Below are positions 18,290 to 26,695 of a stretch of DNA of 50,344 nt, one piece after another. Positions within the stretch are counted from its first letter, which is position 1. The number at the start of each line of letters is the position of its first letter. The DNA is from Elusimicrobiota bacterium (GTDB taxonomy: Bacteria > Elusimicrobiota > Elusimicrobia > Elusimicrobiales > UBA9959). The notes under the pieces are model-generated. The model saw only the letters and a list, made by a program, of their open reading frames with translations. It was not told the DNA's origin and searched no databases. A program made the translations under genes and the position numbers. The stretch covers positions 1 to 50,344 of the forward strand of contig DAIENX010000072.1 in the NCBI GenBank assembly GCA_027340875.1, in the 5' to 3' direction.

Positions 18290-18574
18290 ATAGCGCGGCC
18301 TGCCGTATTTTTTCTGCGGCAGGCCTTCGTTTTAGCCTGAATCCCGCAGTTGGAGGTGGTTTCCATGGTAAATCAGGCGGACAGAAATATTCTGCAGGAT
18401 TCCCCGCGAAGCGGGCGGAGGGTCCAGCGCTATGCGCGCCTGGCCCGACGAGGTGTATGCTTCCCGTAGGGCGCCCGCTATGCGGGCGGAAAACTTCAAC
18501 TGAAGTTTTCATGTCAGGCTTTTACGTATAGCGGAAGATCGTTCAGGCAGGAACAGGGCCGGCCGGCGCGGGTC

Positions 18575-19015
18575 CTACGGCAGGGCGGAGACCGAGGTCC
18601 AGTATTTTCCCACCCGGCGCATCATTTCCCTGAACCCCTCGAAATTGGCCGGCTTGGTCAGGAAGGACGCGGCCCCGTGCTCGTAGCTGCGGCGTATGTC
18701 CGTAGCGGAGGAGGAAGTGGTCAGCATTATGACGGGGATCTTCCTGAGCCTCTGATCGGCTTTTATCTCGCGCAGCAGGCTGAATCCGTCCATTCCGGGC
18801 ATGTTGATGTCCAGCAGCAGGAGGTCGGGCGGCACGGGCTTCCTGCCTGAGTAGCTGCCGGCGCAGCGCAGGTAATCCAGGGCGGCTGCGGCGTTCGACA
18901 GGGTCGCCAGGTTGTGCGGGAAGGCCAGGCGGGAGAATACCGCCTTGGCCAGCAGTACGTCGTCCTCGCTGTCGTCCACCAGCAGGATATTCAGGGTACG
19001 CGGGGGGACATCCAT
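18575..19015 (-). CDS. Single-domain response regulator (Rcp1/CheY-like)
   Basis: ILLVDDSEDD, PDLLLLDINMPGMDG, PVIMLTTS, FLTKP; SD GGAGG. Confidence 0.92.
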   Translation of the reverse strand: MDVPPRTLNILLVDDSEDDVLLAKAVFSRLAFPHNLATLSNAAAALDYLRCAGSYSGRKPVPPDLLLLDINMPGMDGFSLLREIKADQRLRKIPVIMLTTSSSATDIRRSYEHGAASFLTKPANFEGFREMMRRVGKYWTSVSALP

Positions 19016-19102
19016 AAAGGCCTCCTTGGCCGCGCATTAACGACAACTGCAGCCGAACGAGCAGGGCGCTCCTGTCGTTCTGGCCGTTATCCCTATCGAA
19101 AT

Positions 19103-19161
19103 AGTCTAGCAGGGGTATATATTACCGGCAATGTGACTGAATATACATGTATATAAAGTCA
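19103..19161 (-). promoter_or_regulatory. Promoter of the response-regulator gene with an upstream 28-bp palindrome
   Basis: Minus strand TTGCCG (19131-19126), 17-bp spacer, TAGACT (19108-19103); palindrome TGACT-ga-ATATACATGTATAT-aa-AGTCA at 19134-19161. Confidence 0.55.
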
Positions 19162-19167
19162 ATTTCG

Positions 19168-19303
19168 CGTTTTTAAGTCCCAGGCCGCGGGGCCGAAGGT
19201 CCCAGGCCGTGGCGCGCGTGTGGTCCTAGCTCGGCATGGGTAGAAAATCCGGGATCCGCTGGGTACTTGGCCTCTGCCGTCCCGGCGCCGATTCCGGTAG
19301 ACT
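19168..19303 (+). promoter_or_regulatory. Phased operator-like 14-mers plus -10 box upstream of the large secreted-protein gene
   Basis: 14-mers at 19168, 19190, 19214, 19238, 19261; TAGACT at 19298-19303, 7 nt before the ATG. Confidence 0.55.
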
Positions 19304-19310
19304 ATTAGCA

Positions 19311-21614
19311 ATGAAAAACCTTAAAGAGACCATCACCAGAACGGCGGCAGCGGTATTCGCCCTGGCCTTCGCCTTCCAGGCCCGGGCTTACTCGGCGGAG
19401 GACCTCTCCTCCTATTTCGAGGGTTCCCGGCAGGGTTCCATGTCCGACCTTGTGCGCGGACTGCACTCCACCAATGGCGGAGTTCCCGCCCCCAAGACCC
19501 CGGAGGCTCAGCCCGGCCAGTCGCCAAAGCCCGGCAACAACGAGCTGCTGCACTTCTGGGAGGACCTGAAGAGCGACGTTTTCGATGATATCTGCAAGGG
19601 CGTGGAGATACCGCTGGACCAGAGTCTGGACCTCGCGCAGGTGGGCGTCCTCAAGGGTGAGTTCAAGCGCTACATGAAGCAGTTCCCCGACAATAAGATA
19701 GCCGTGATAGACGAGGTGGGCGTGAAGCTGAACGCCGCTCACACCTTCAGCGACGTCCTGAACGTGGGCGGCAACGCCTTCAACATCGGCTTCGGCGGCG
19801 CGCTGGAAGGCAAGTCCGTGGTGGTGCGCAAGACCAACGAGGACAAGTACTGCAAGAACCTGCTTACCATGGTCGACCTGCGCAAGGTGAAGACCATCCT
19901 CCCCATAAACGAGAAGCGCATCAGCGGGATGGGCGTCAACGAGATCTGGAAGTTCCCCGCGGTGCTGCGCATGAACGTCGGCGGCGGCATCGGCTACCCC
20001 GCGGCGCCCTGGTTGAACATTTCTTTCTCCCTCGGCAGCTCCAAGGAGCTGAAGCCCTCGGTGACCCTCTTCAGGATGAGCGAGGACAAGCTGCGCCTCC
20101 GCATCCGCCTGGACCGCATCAACGTGCAGAGCGCCGGAACCTCGGTGGGCACCTCGTTCGACGCCGGGCTGATAGGCCTGCCCGCGGCGGAGAACTTCCT
20201 GGTCAAGCTGCTGGACCGGAACCTGGCCAGCGAGTTCAATAAGTACATAGCGTTCAGGTTCGGCCTTTCCACCAGCCGAGCGCAGGGCAAGAAGATACTG
20301 CTCGAGTTCATCATCGACCCCCGCGACCCTGAGCAGGTGGCCAGGCTGGTCGACTTCCTGAAGGGCGACCTGGGCATCATCAAGAAGCTGATACAGATGG
20401 GCATCCAGTTCAACGATTATTCCTCTTCGGACGACAGCGCCGCCGGGGCACAGGCCCTGCAGAACGTGGACAACGTGGCCCAGCAGGGGCTCGGCCTGAA
20501 CTCCACCTTCGCGGGCGCCAACCACTTCAACAGCACGTCGCACGCGATGAACATCGTGCTGCCGGTAGTGCTCGACCGGCAGACCAGCACCACGCAGCGC
20601 TACGACCGCTACCAGGCCGCCGGCGCGGACCAGGTGCTGCACGTCAACACGGTGGCCAAGAACGAATCGGTCAGCAACATCAACGTGCCGTTCGTGGGCA
20701 AGATCTTCAAGCATAACACCAACCAGAACTTCTACGTGGTCAACTACGAGGACAAGGCCGGCACGGTGTCCGACGCGGCCGTGGTCTACCAGCGCTACGA
20801 GGGTTACATCAAGCACGACGAGCGCGACGCCCGCGGCATGGTGAAGGACATGAACGAGATCCTGAAGTACGCCGGCACTCACGGCGACGGCACCAACGGC
20901 GAATTCGTAGTGGACGTGGACGCCATGTTCCCCAGGCTGACCGCAGAGGAGAAGGACCCTACCTGCACCGGCGGCGACGGCGACCCGGTCCCCTGCACGA
21001 AGAGCTACAAGTCGGCCGTCATGTCGTTCTCGCTGGTGTTCACGCAGAAGGCCGTTCGCGACATCGTGAACGCGCAGTCCTCTCTGATCATGAAGGCCGT
21101 GCTGAACGTGATGGAGGGCCTGGACCGCGAGATACTCTCCAAGGTCTACCACCTCTTCAATATGGACGGCGAGGGCAAGGTGAAGTACGACTGGAAGGCC
21201 GCCCGCAAGCTCCTGGCCTCCTACGAGCGGGACGGCGAGAACGCCTTCGACCCGCTTTCCGTGGTGAACTCGTTCTGCACCAACGTGGCCCACATAGTCT
21301 CCGACATCGCTTCCGTCCGCGACACCGCTGACCAGAAGGAGAAGTCGAAGCGCCTCTCCGAGGTGCTGGCCGGCAAGGGTAAGAGCCGGCTGGGCTATGA
21401 GAACCTGCTGCAGGTGGTCATACAGCTGGTGGACGTCAAGGACATCTACGCCAAGCTGGACATCAGCACCGACAAGCGCATCAAGGGAGAGGAGAACGTC
21501 AACTCCACGTACAACCTCTACAACAACGACCTGCAGGCCGGCTACAATCAGCAGCTCAACGCGGCGAACTCGCTGCGCGACAGGTTCTCCGACCCGACCG
21601 AGCTCAGCGACTGA
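19311..21614 (+). CDS. Large hypothetical secreted protein (767 aa)
   Basis: Signal peptide MKNLKETITRTAAAVFALAFAFQARA; strong GC3 codon bias; ATG 19311 preferred over 19236. Confidence 0.85.
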   Translation: MKNLKETITRTAAAVFALAFAFQARAYSAEDLSSYFEGSRQGSMSDLVRGLHSTNGGVPAPKTPEAQPGQSPKPGNNELLHFWEDLKSDVFDDICKGVEIPLDQSLDLAQVGVLKGEFKRYMKQFPDNKIAVIDEVGVKLNAAHTFSDVLNVGGNAFNIGFGGALEGKSVVVRKTNEDKYCKNLLTMVDLRKVKTILPINEKRISGMGVNEIWKFPAVLRMNVGGGIGYPAAPWLNISFSLGSSKELKPSVTLFRMSEDKLRLRIRLDRINVQSAGTSVGTSFDAGLIGLPAAENFLVKLLDRNLASEFNKYIAFRFGLSTSRAQGKKILLEFIIDPRDPEQVARLVDFLKGDLGIIKKLIQMGIQFNDYSSSDDSAAGAQALQNVDNVAQQGLGLNSTFAGANHFNSTSHAMNIVLPVVLDRQTSTTQRYDRYQAAGADQVLHVNTVAKNESVSNINVPFVGKIFKHNTNQNFYVVNYEDKAGTVSDAAVVYQRYEGYIKHDERDARGMVKDMNEILKYAGTHGDGTNGEFVVDVDAMFPRLTAEEKDPTCTGGDGDPVPCTKSYKSAVMSFSLVFTQKAVRDIVNAQSSLIMKAVLNVMEGLDREILSKVYHLFNMDGEGKVKYDWKAARKLLASYERDGENAFDPLSVVNSFCTNVAHIVSDIASVRDTADQKEKSKRLSEVLAGKGKSRLGYENLLQVVIQLVDVKDIYAKLDISTDKRIKGEENVNSTYNLYNNDLQAGYNQQLNAANSLRDRFSDPTELSD

Positions 21615-21629
21615 GCCCGCTGGCCCGTA

Positions 21630-21666
21630 AAAGAAAAGCCCCCGGCTGACCGGGGGCTTTTTCTTT
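21630..21666. terminator. Bidirectional intrinsic terminator
   Basis: AAAGCCCCCGG-ctga-CCGGGGGCTTT with A and T tracts, between convergent genes. Confidence 0.85.
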
Positions 21667-21680
21667 CCTCCGCGGCAGGG

Positions 21681-22742
21681 TCAGCGGATCTTGCCGTCCA
21701 CCCCGAAGATGTAGGCTATCAGCGCGGCGCGGGCCCACATGCCGTTGCGCTCCTGTCGCCAGAAGACGGCGCGCGGGTCGTCGTCCACCGTGACCTCTAT
21801 TTCGTGGCGGCGCGGCAGCGGGTGCATGATCACGCAGCCCTTCTTGATCAGCTTCAGGTGCTCGGACTTGAAGTAGAACGGCGAGTAGTCCACGGACTTG
21901 GACTCGCCGGCCTTGTCGTGCTCGTCCTGGATGCGCGTCATGTAGATGGCGTCGGCCGTCTTCATAACGCCCTTGAAGTCCTCGGTCTCCTCGTACGGGA
22001 TGTTGTGCCTCTTGAGGAACTCCAGTATGTCGGGCTCCATCCTGAACTGCTTCGGGGAGACGAAGGAGAGCTTTATCTTGTTGTAGTTCTTCATCAGGTA
22101 GGACAGCGAGCGCACGGTGCGGCCGCGCTTGAGGTCGCCCACCATCACTATGTGCTTGTTGTCGATGTCGCCGTTGAAGCTGCGGTAGAGCGTGTAGACG
22201 TCCAGCAGCGCCTGGGTAGGGTGCTGGTCCTTGCCGGAGCCGCCGTTGACCACCGGGACCGGGCGGCCGGTGCGGGTCATCAGCCAGGCGGTCTTCTCGA
22301 CGAAGCCGGGCGTGGGGTGGCGCATGATGATCATGTCCACGTAGCTGGAGAACGTGCGGACGGTGTCCTCGGGGGTCTCGCCCTTGACCTCCGAGGAGGT
22401 GCTGGTGTCGCGAACTTCGCTGGTCTTGACGCCCATGACGTGGCATGCGTTCAGGAACGACATGAACGTGCGGGTGGAGGGCTGGGCGAAATAGAGCATC
22501 GCGCGCTTGTCGGAGAGCAGGCCGGAGACGTAGTCCGCGCCGTCCTTATGCTGCGTGACCTCGCGCAGGCGGTCCGCCGTGCGGAACAGCAGTGTGAGCA
22601 GGTCGCGGTTGAACTGCTGGGCGAACAGGCAGTCGTAGACGCGGCCGTCCTTATTGAAGAAAGGGACCCTCTCCGAGATGGGGCGGGGGAGGAAGTTCTC
22701 CCAGTCCGGCTGCACGCTGGTCATTTCCTGTGTTCTCTGCAT
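21681..22742 (-). CDS. pyrB: Aspartate carbamoyltransferase catalytic subunit
   Basis: PSTRT, SEVKGET..DT, HPTQALLD, GDLKRGRTVRSL, MTRIQDE, MHPLPR. Confidence 0.95.
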   Translation of the reverse strand: MQRTQEMTSVQPDWENFLPRPISERVPFFNKDGRVYDCLFAQQFNRDLLTLLFRTADRLREVTQHKDGADYVSGLLSDKRAMLYFAQPSTRTFMSFLNACHVMGVKTSEVRDTSTSSEVKGETPEDTVRTFSSYVDMIIMRHPTPGFVEKTAWLMTRTGRPVPVVNGGSGKDQHPTQALLDVYTLYRSFNGDIDNKHIVMVGDLKRGRTVRSLSYLMKNYNKIKLSFVSPKQFRMEPDILEFLKRHNIPYEETEDFKGVMKTADAIYMTRIQDEHDKAGESKSVDYSPFYFKSEHLKLIKKGCVIMHPLPRRHEIEVTVDDDPRAVFWRQERNGMWARAALIAYIFGVDGKIR

Positions 22743-22827
22743 GGCGTCTCCTTTTGTCGCATATGGCGAACCACCCGGGGCGATTCGCGCGGCGGGCGGT
22801 CAATGGCGTGTGAACGCCGCCGGGTGC

Positions 22828-23337
22828 CTAGACCTTCTTTACGAGGTCGAGCAGGACCAGCCTGCGGCCGCTGCCTATCTTGACCTTCGCCAGTACGGAA
22901 GTCCCGCTGTGCAGGTCCTTTCGCGGGTCGTTCTCGTTCAGGAAAAATTTCTCGATGCCGTACTTCACCGCGTTGCCGCCCCAGGAGTACTGGAGGGAGC
23001 CGGCGGCCCAGCCCTGCTCCTGCGGCGAGTTGCGTCTGCAGTCGGTGGCCTCGTAGACCTGCACTTTGCCGGTCTCGGTACGGGCGGTCTTGCCCTTGTG
23101 TTCGAGCTTGACGTAAACTGGGCCATAAGCGGCCCGCGAGGAGCAGTCCCCTATCCCGGGCCGGGAGATATCGTAGTTGAGCGCCACGTAGGTGCCGCTG
23201 AGGATGTCCCGGGGGTCCACCGGCGCGGTCTCCAGGTAGAACTCCGGAGAGTCGGAGTCGCGCGAGGAGAACAGGTAGCTGGCCCATCCCATGAAGAAGA
23301 GGAGCTGCAGCAAGAGGATGACGCGCAGTCTGCTCAT
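22828..23337 (-). CDS. GDYXXLXY-domain membrane-anchored protein
   Basis: LETAPVDPRDILSGTYVALNY, KYGIEKFF; coupled to a DUF2157 gene as is typical. Confidence 0.9.
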   Translation of the reverse strand: MSRLRVILLLQLLFFMGWASYLFSSRDSDSPEFYLETAPVDPRDILSGTYVALNYDISRPGIGDCSSRAAYGPVYVKLEHKGKTARTETGKVQVYEATDCRRNSPQEQGWAAGSLQYSWGGNAVKYGIEKFFLNENDPRKDLHSGTSVLAKVKIGSGRRLVLLDLVKKV

Positions 23338-24662
23338 TTCCTCACCGTCTCTATGAGGACCTTGCGCCCCCTGTTGATGCCGTAGGCCAGTCCGGCGAAC
23401 AGCAGGCCGGTGCCCAGGAAGCCGAAACCGCTTTTAAGCAGCGTGCCGAAAATGTCGAAGAAGCGGGTCAGGACCAGCAAGGCGATGAAGAGGACGCCCG
23501 TGTTGATGCGCTTCTCCAGGTTCTCCTGCGCGCCGTTGATGATAAGGCCGGCGCCGGCGGCGATTATCGTAAGGTTGGCCAGCACCGCTATGGCCTTGGC
23601 GCCATCCTCGGTGGCCCCGAACAGCATGAAGGCCGAAAACATCGGCACTATCAGGGCCGCGCGGAAGGCCATGCGCCAGCGGTCGCCGAGGCCCGGGACC
23701 AGCGGCCTGAGCATGGCGGAAGCGACGGCGGCACCGAACATCAGCCAGATCAGGGCCCCGCCGGCGGAGCTGCCTGGGTCGCGCTCCAGGCTGGGCGTGT
23801 AATGCCAGAAGAAGGTCATGCCGTATACCGTGGCGAGCCAGGCCATGTGGGGCAGGCGGCTCTCCAGCCGCTCCTCATCCGGGGTCCAGACTATCCAGAG
23901 GGCCACGGCTGAAGTGGCCGCCAGCAGCAGCAGCGCCGGGCTTTTTACCTGCAGCGGCGTAGAGGCGACGACCAGCCCCAGGACCCAGACCAGCGAGGCG
24001 CCTAGCACCCGCAACATCGGGTGGCAGCGGCGATAAAGGGCGGTAGCGGCCCCGGCGCCTATCACCGCGAGGGCCAGCGGCCAATGCCACCAGAGCGGCA
24101 TGGCGGCCGCTTCGGCCAGCCTGTTGGCGTAGGTAAGGGAGATGATATTATCGCGCCCGAAAGCGCCCATGAAGACGCAGAGGAACAGCAGCGCGCTGGT
24201 CAGTGTCGCCGTCATGGTCCGCTTCAGCAGCAGCGCCTGCGGCAGCACGAGAGCCGCCCAGACCAGGTAGGGTTTCACCGGATCGCCGCTGAGGTTGAAG
24301 ATCTGCGCGTAGAGGCCTATGCCGATGACCGGCATGAAGAACCAGATCATCTCCGCCGGGACAGCTACCGGCGCCTTTTCTTCGTAGGAGAGCGCGGTGA
24401 AGCCCGCCGCTCCGAAAAGTATCAGGAAGCCGGCTATCTTGGAGACGGCCCCGAACTTGTCCCAGTTGTGGGCTATGATCAGCAGCAGGCCTATGGCTAT
24501 GAAGATGCCGGCGAAGGCGGCTATCAGATACGTGGCCTTCCAGCCGGCCGTAACGCGGCGCGCGTATATCCTGTCCCAGACTCCGGAGGCCTGTTCGGAC
24601 GTGATAAGTCCGGCGGCCGCGGCTTCAGCCAGGTCGTTCTTTAGTCTGGTGTAATAGGACAT
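23334..24662 (-). CDS. DUF2157-family membrane protein
   Basis: AAAGLITSEQA..IAHNWD..GLYAQIFNL; many TMs; ATG 24662. Confidence 0.85.
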   Translation of the reverse strand: MSYYTRLKNDLAEAAAAGLITSEQASGVWDRIYARRVTAGWKATYLIAAFAGIFIAIGLLLIIAHNWDKFGAVSKIAGFLILFGAAGFTALSYEEKAPVAVPAEMIWFFMPVIGIGLYAQIFNLSGDPVKPYLVWAALVLPQALLLKRTMTATLTSALLFLCVFMGAFGRDNIISLTYANRLAEAAAMPLWWHWPLALAVIGAGAATALYRRCHPMLRVLGASLVWVLGLVVASTPLQVKSPALLLLAATSAVALWIVWTPDEERLESRLPHMAWLATVYGMTFFWHYTPSLERDPGSSAGGALIWLMFGAAVASAMLRPLVPGLGDRWRMAFRAALIVPMFSAFMLFGATEDGAKAIAVLANLTIIAAGAGLIINGAQENLEKRINTGVLFIALLVLTRFFDIFGTLLKSGFGFLGTGLLFAGLAYGINRGRKVLIETVRK

Positions 24663-24781
24663 GTACTTTAAAACTACCCCGGGAAGATTATACGATAACC
24701 GCGAACGCGAACACAAAGCGCCGTCGGCGCGAGCCCGGGGGCCTCGTCCGTAAGATTTTGTATCATAACCGGGGCAGGAAC

Positions 24782-26695
24782 GTGGAAAAGAAAAGCGAAG
24801 CCGGCGCGGCGGCTGGAAAGACCGCGCAGCTCTACCGCTCCGTGACGGGCATGACGGAGCGCTCCTTCCTTGTTATGCTGCTGGCCATCGCAGCGGCCGG
24901 GGCGGCGGGCCTCCATTCCCGTTATTACGTCGGCTTCTTCAACGACGACGCCAACTTCATCCTGCTGGCGCGCTCGCTCTGGCAGCACCTCGGCTCTCTC
25001 TCCGGCGGGTTCGGCGGCGCTTTCTCCCATTTCCTGCCGGGCTACCCGCTGTTCCTGATGCCCTTCGCGGCGGCCTTCGAGCCGCACTGGTCCTGGCTGC
25101 GCTGGACCACGGCCGGGGTCTCCCTGCTAACGGTATACGCCTTCTGGAAGCTGCTGGAGGGCTGGCTGGGCGAGGAGGAGCGCCGCTGGGCCTCGCTGCT
25201 GTATGCAGCGCACCCGCTTTTCGCCCTCTGTTCCGGCATGGTGATGGCCGACCCGCTGCTGGCCTGCCTTTTCGTGCTCGGCCTGCTGGGATTCCGCCGC
25301 TCTCTCGAGGGAAAAGGCGCCCCTGCGACGGTGCTGATGATAGGCGCGTGCATATTCGCCACTGCCGTGAAGCCGATCGGCCTGCTGCTTCCGCTGGCGC
25401 TGACCGCGGCCCTGCCGGCCGCCGGCGCCAGGCGCCAGCTGCGCCTGCTCGGCCTGCTGTTCTGGCTTCCCTGCATTGCCGCCGCGGCCTACGCGGCCTT
25501 TTCCCGGCACAATCCCACCGATTATATTACGTACATGCTGCAGGGCCTGGCCTGGCTTTCCGGGCAGCCGCCGCTGCAGCGCCTCTATACGCTGCTGCAT
25601 TCGTTCGTGCTGGTCTGCGGCCTGGGCTGGTTCTGGCCTCGCGGCGGTATGTGGGACCTTTCAGGCTCCTTGCTTATAGCGGGCGTGCTCTATCTCTGTG
25701 CTCGCGGCGCCGCGGCGCTTCTTTCCGGCGCGGACAGGTCTCGTTACGCTGCTGCCGCGGCCTGCGGCCTGCTGCTGGGCCAGGGGATAGTTATGTCCCT
25801 CTGGACGGTGTACTCGGAGCGCTACGCCCTGCCGATGCTGCCATTGGCGCTGCTGTTCTTCTCGGCAGGGGCCACGGCCGCCTGGCGCGGCCGCCCGTGG
25901 GCGGCCAGGGCGCTGCTCGGGGCGCTGGCGGCCGGCTTCATGCTGCATACGGTGCAGCTGGCGCTGGTCACCAACTCCGAGCGGGCCCCGATGGACGGCA
26001 GGTTGTGCGCGCGCACCCTGGAGTGGATAAGGAGGGAGACGCCGCCGGAAAGCCGCTTCGTGGGGAGCTCTCCGCTGGTAGCGCTGTACACCGGCCGCGC
26101 CGGAGACGGCCTGTTCGGCGCCAGGGATTTCGACCTGTTCCTCACCGCGCTGTCCCGTTCCGGCATCACGCACGCCCTGGTCACCGACCTGCCGGTCCTT
26201 TCCGCCAGAGGCTCCTACGCCAACGACCATGCACTACAGAAGCGGATGGAACGGGCCTGGATAACCGGGCATCCAAAATATTTCAGCAGGCTTTTCTCGG
26301 ACGCCGCTGAACATACGGCGGTGTATTCGGTCAGCATCCCGCCCGGGTGGGGAGAGGCCGCCGGCCTCTACGCGGCCGCGCTGGCGGAAGTGCGGACGGG
26401 CAGGCTGGCCGAAGGCGAGCGCGACTTGCGTCTCGCGCTGGAAGCCGTGCCGGATTTTCCGTCAGCGCTGACGGCGCTGGCGGCGGTCAAGATGATCTCC
26501 GGGAAGGACATGTCCGGCGCCGAGAAGCTGCTGCGCAGAACGCTGGAGCTGGAGCCCGACTTCCCCAGGGCCTCGCGCATGCTTTTCGCCCTGCTCGAAC
26601 GCGGCGGGCGCAAGACCGAGGCCGCGAAGGTCAGGGAGGCCGCCCTGACCTCCCGTTCCGCGGTCCCTTTCGAGGTTCCAGAAGGCTCTAATTAG
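24782..26695 (+). CDS. GT-C (ArnT/PMT-like) membrane glycosyltransferase with C-terminal TPRs
   Basis: FNDDANFILLARSL, PGYPL, many TMs, ERYALP, TPR-like tail; start uncertain (24758, 24782 or 24851). Confidence 0.75.
   Translation: MEKKSEAGAAAGKTAQLYRSVTGMTERSFLVMLLAIAAAGAAGLHSRYYVGFFNDDANFILLARSLWQHLGSLSGGFGGAFSHFLPGYPLFLMPFAAAFEPHWSWLRWTTAGVSLLTVYAFWKLLEGWLGEEERRWASLLYAAHPLFALCSGMVMADPLLACLFVLGLLGFRRSLEGKGAPATVLMIGACIFATAVKPIGLLLPLALTAALPAAGARRQLRLLGLLFWLPCIAAAAYAAFSRHNPTDYITYMLQGLAWLSGQPPLQRLYTLLHSFVLVCGLGWFWPRGGMWDLSGSLLIAGVLYLCARGAAALLSGADRSRYAAAAACGLLLGQGIVMSLWTVYSERYALPMLPLALLFFSAGATAAWRGRPWAARALLGALAAGFMLHTVQLALVTNSERAPMDGRLCARTLEWIRRETPPESRFVGSSPLVALYTGRAGDGLFGARDFDLFLTALSRSGITHALVTDLPVLSARGSYANDHALQKRMERAWITGHPKYFSRLFSDAAEHTAVYSVSIPPGWGEAAGLYAAALAEVRTGRLAEGERDLRLALEAVPDFPSALTALAAVKMISGKDMSGAEKLLRRTLELEPDFPRASRMLFALLERGGRKTEAAKVREAALTSRSAVPFEVPEGSN

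Noticed and set aside
19137..19164. dif (XerCD) site
   Set aside because: TGTATA and a 7/11 XerD-like arm are present, but the XerC arm does not match; the symmetric palindrome reading fits better.
17131..21614. Intact integrative element or prophage at tRNA-Gly
   Set aside because: No integrase or phage genes and no convincing distal att copy; CGCCCGCT at 18472 is only 8 nt in GC-rich DNA.
22743..22827. PyrR attenuator before pyrB
   Set aside because: No recognisable PyrR-binding loop or terminator with a U tract on the minus strand.
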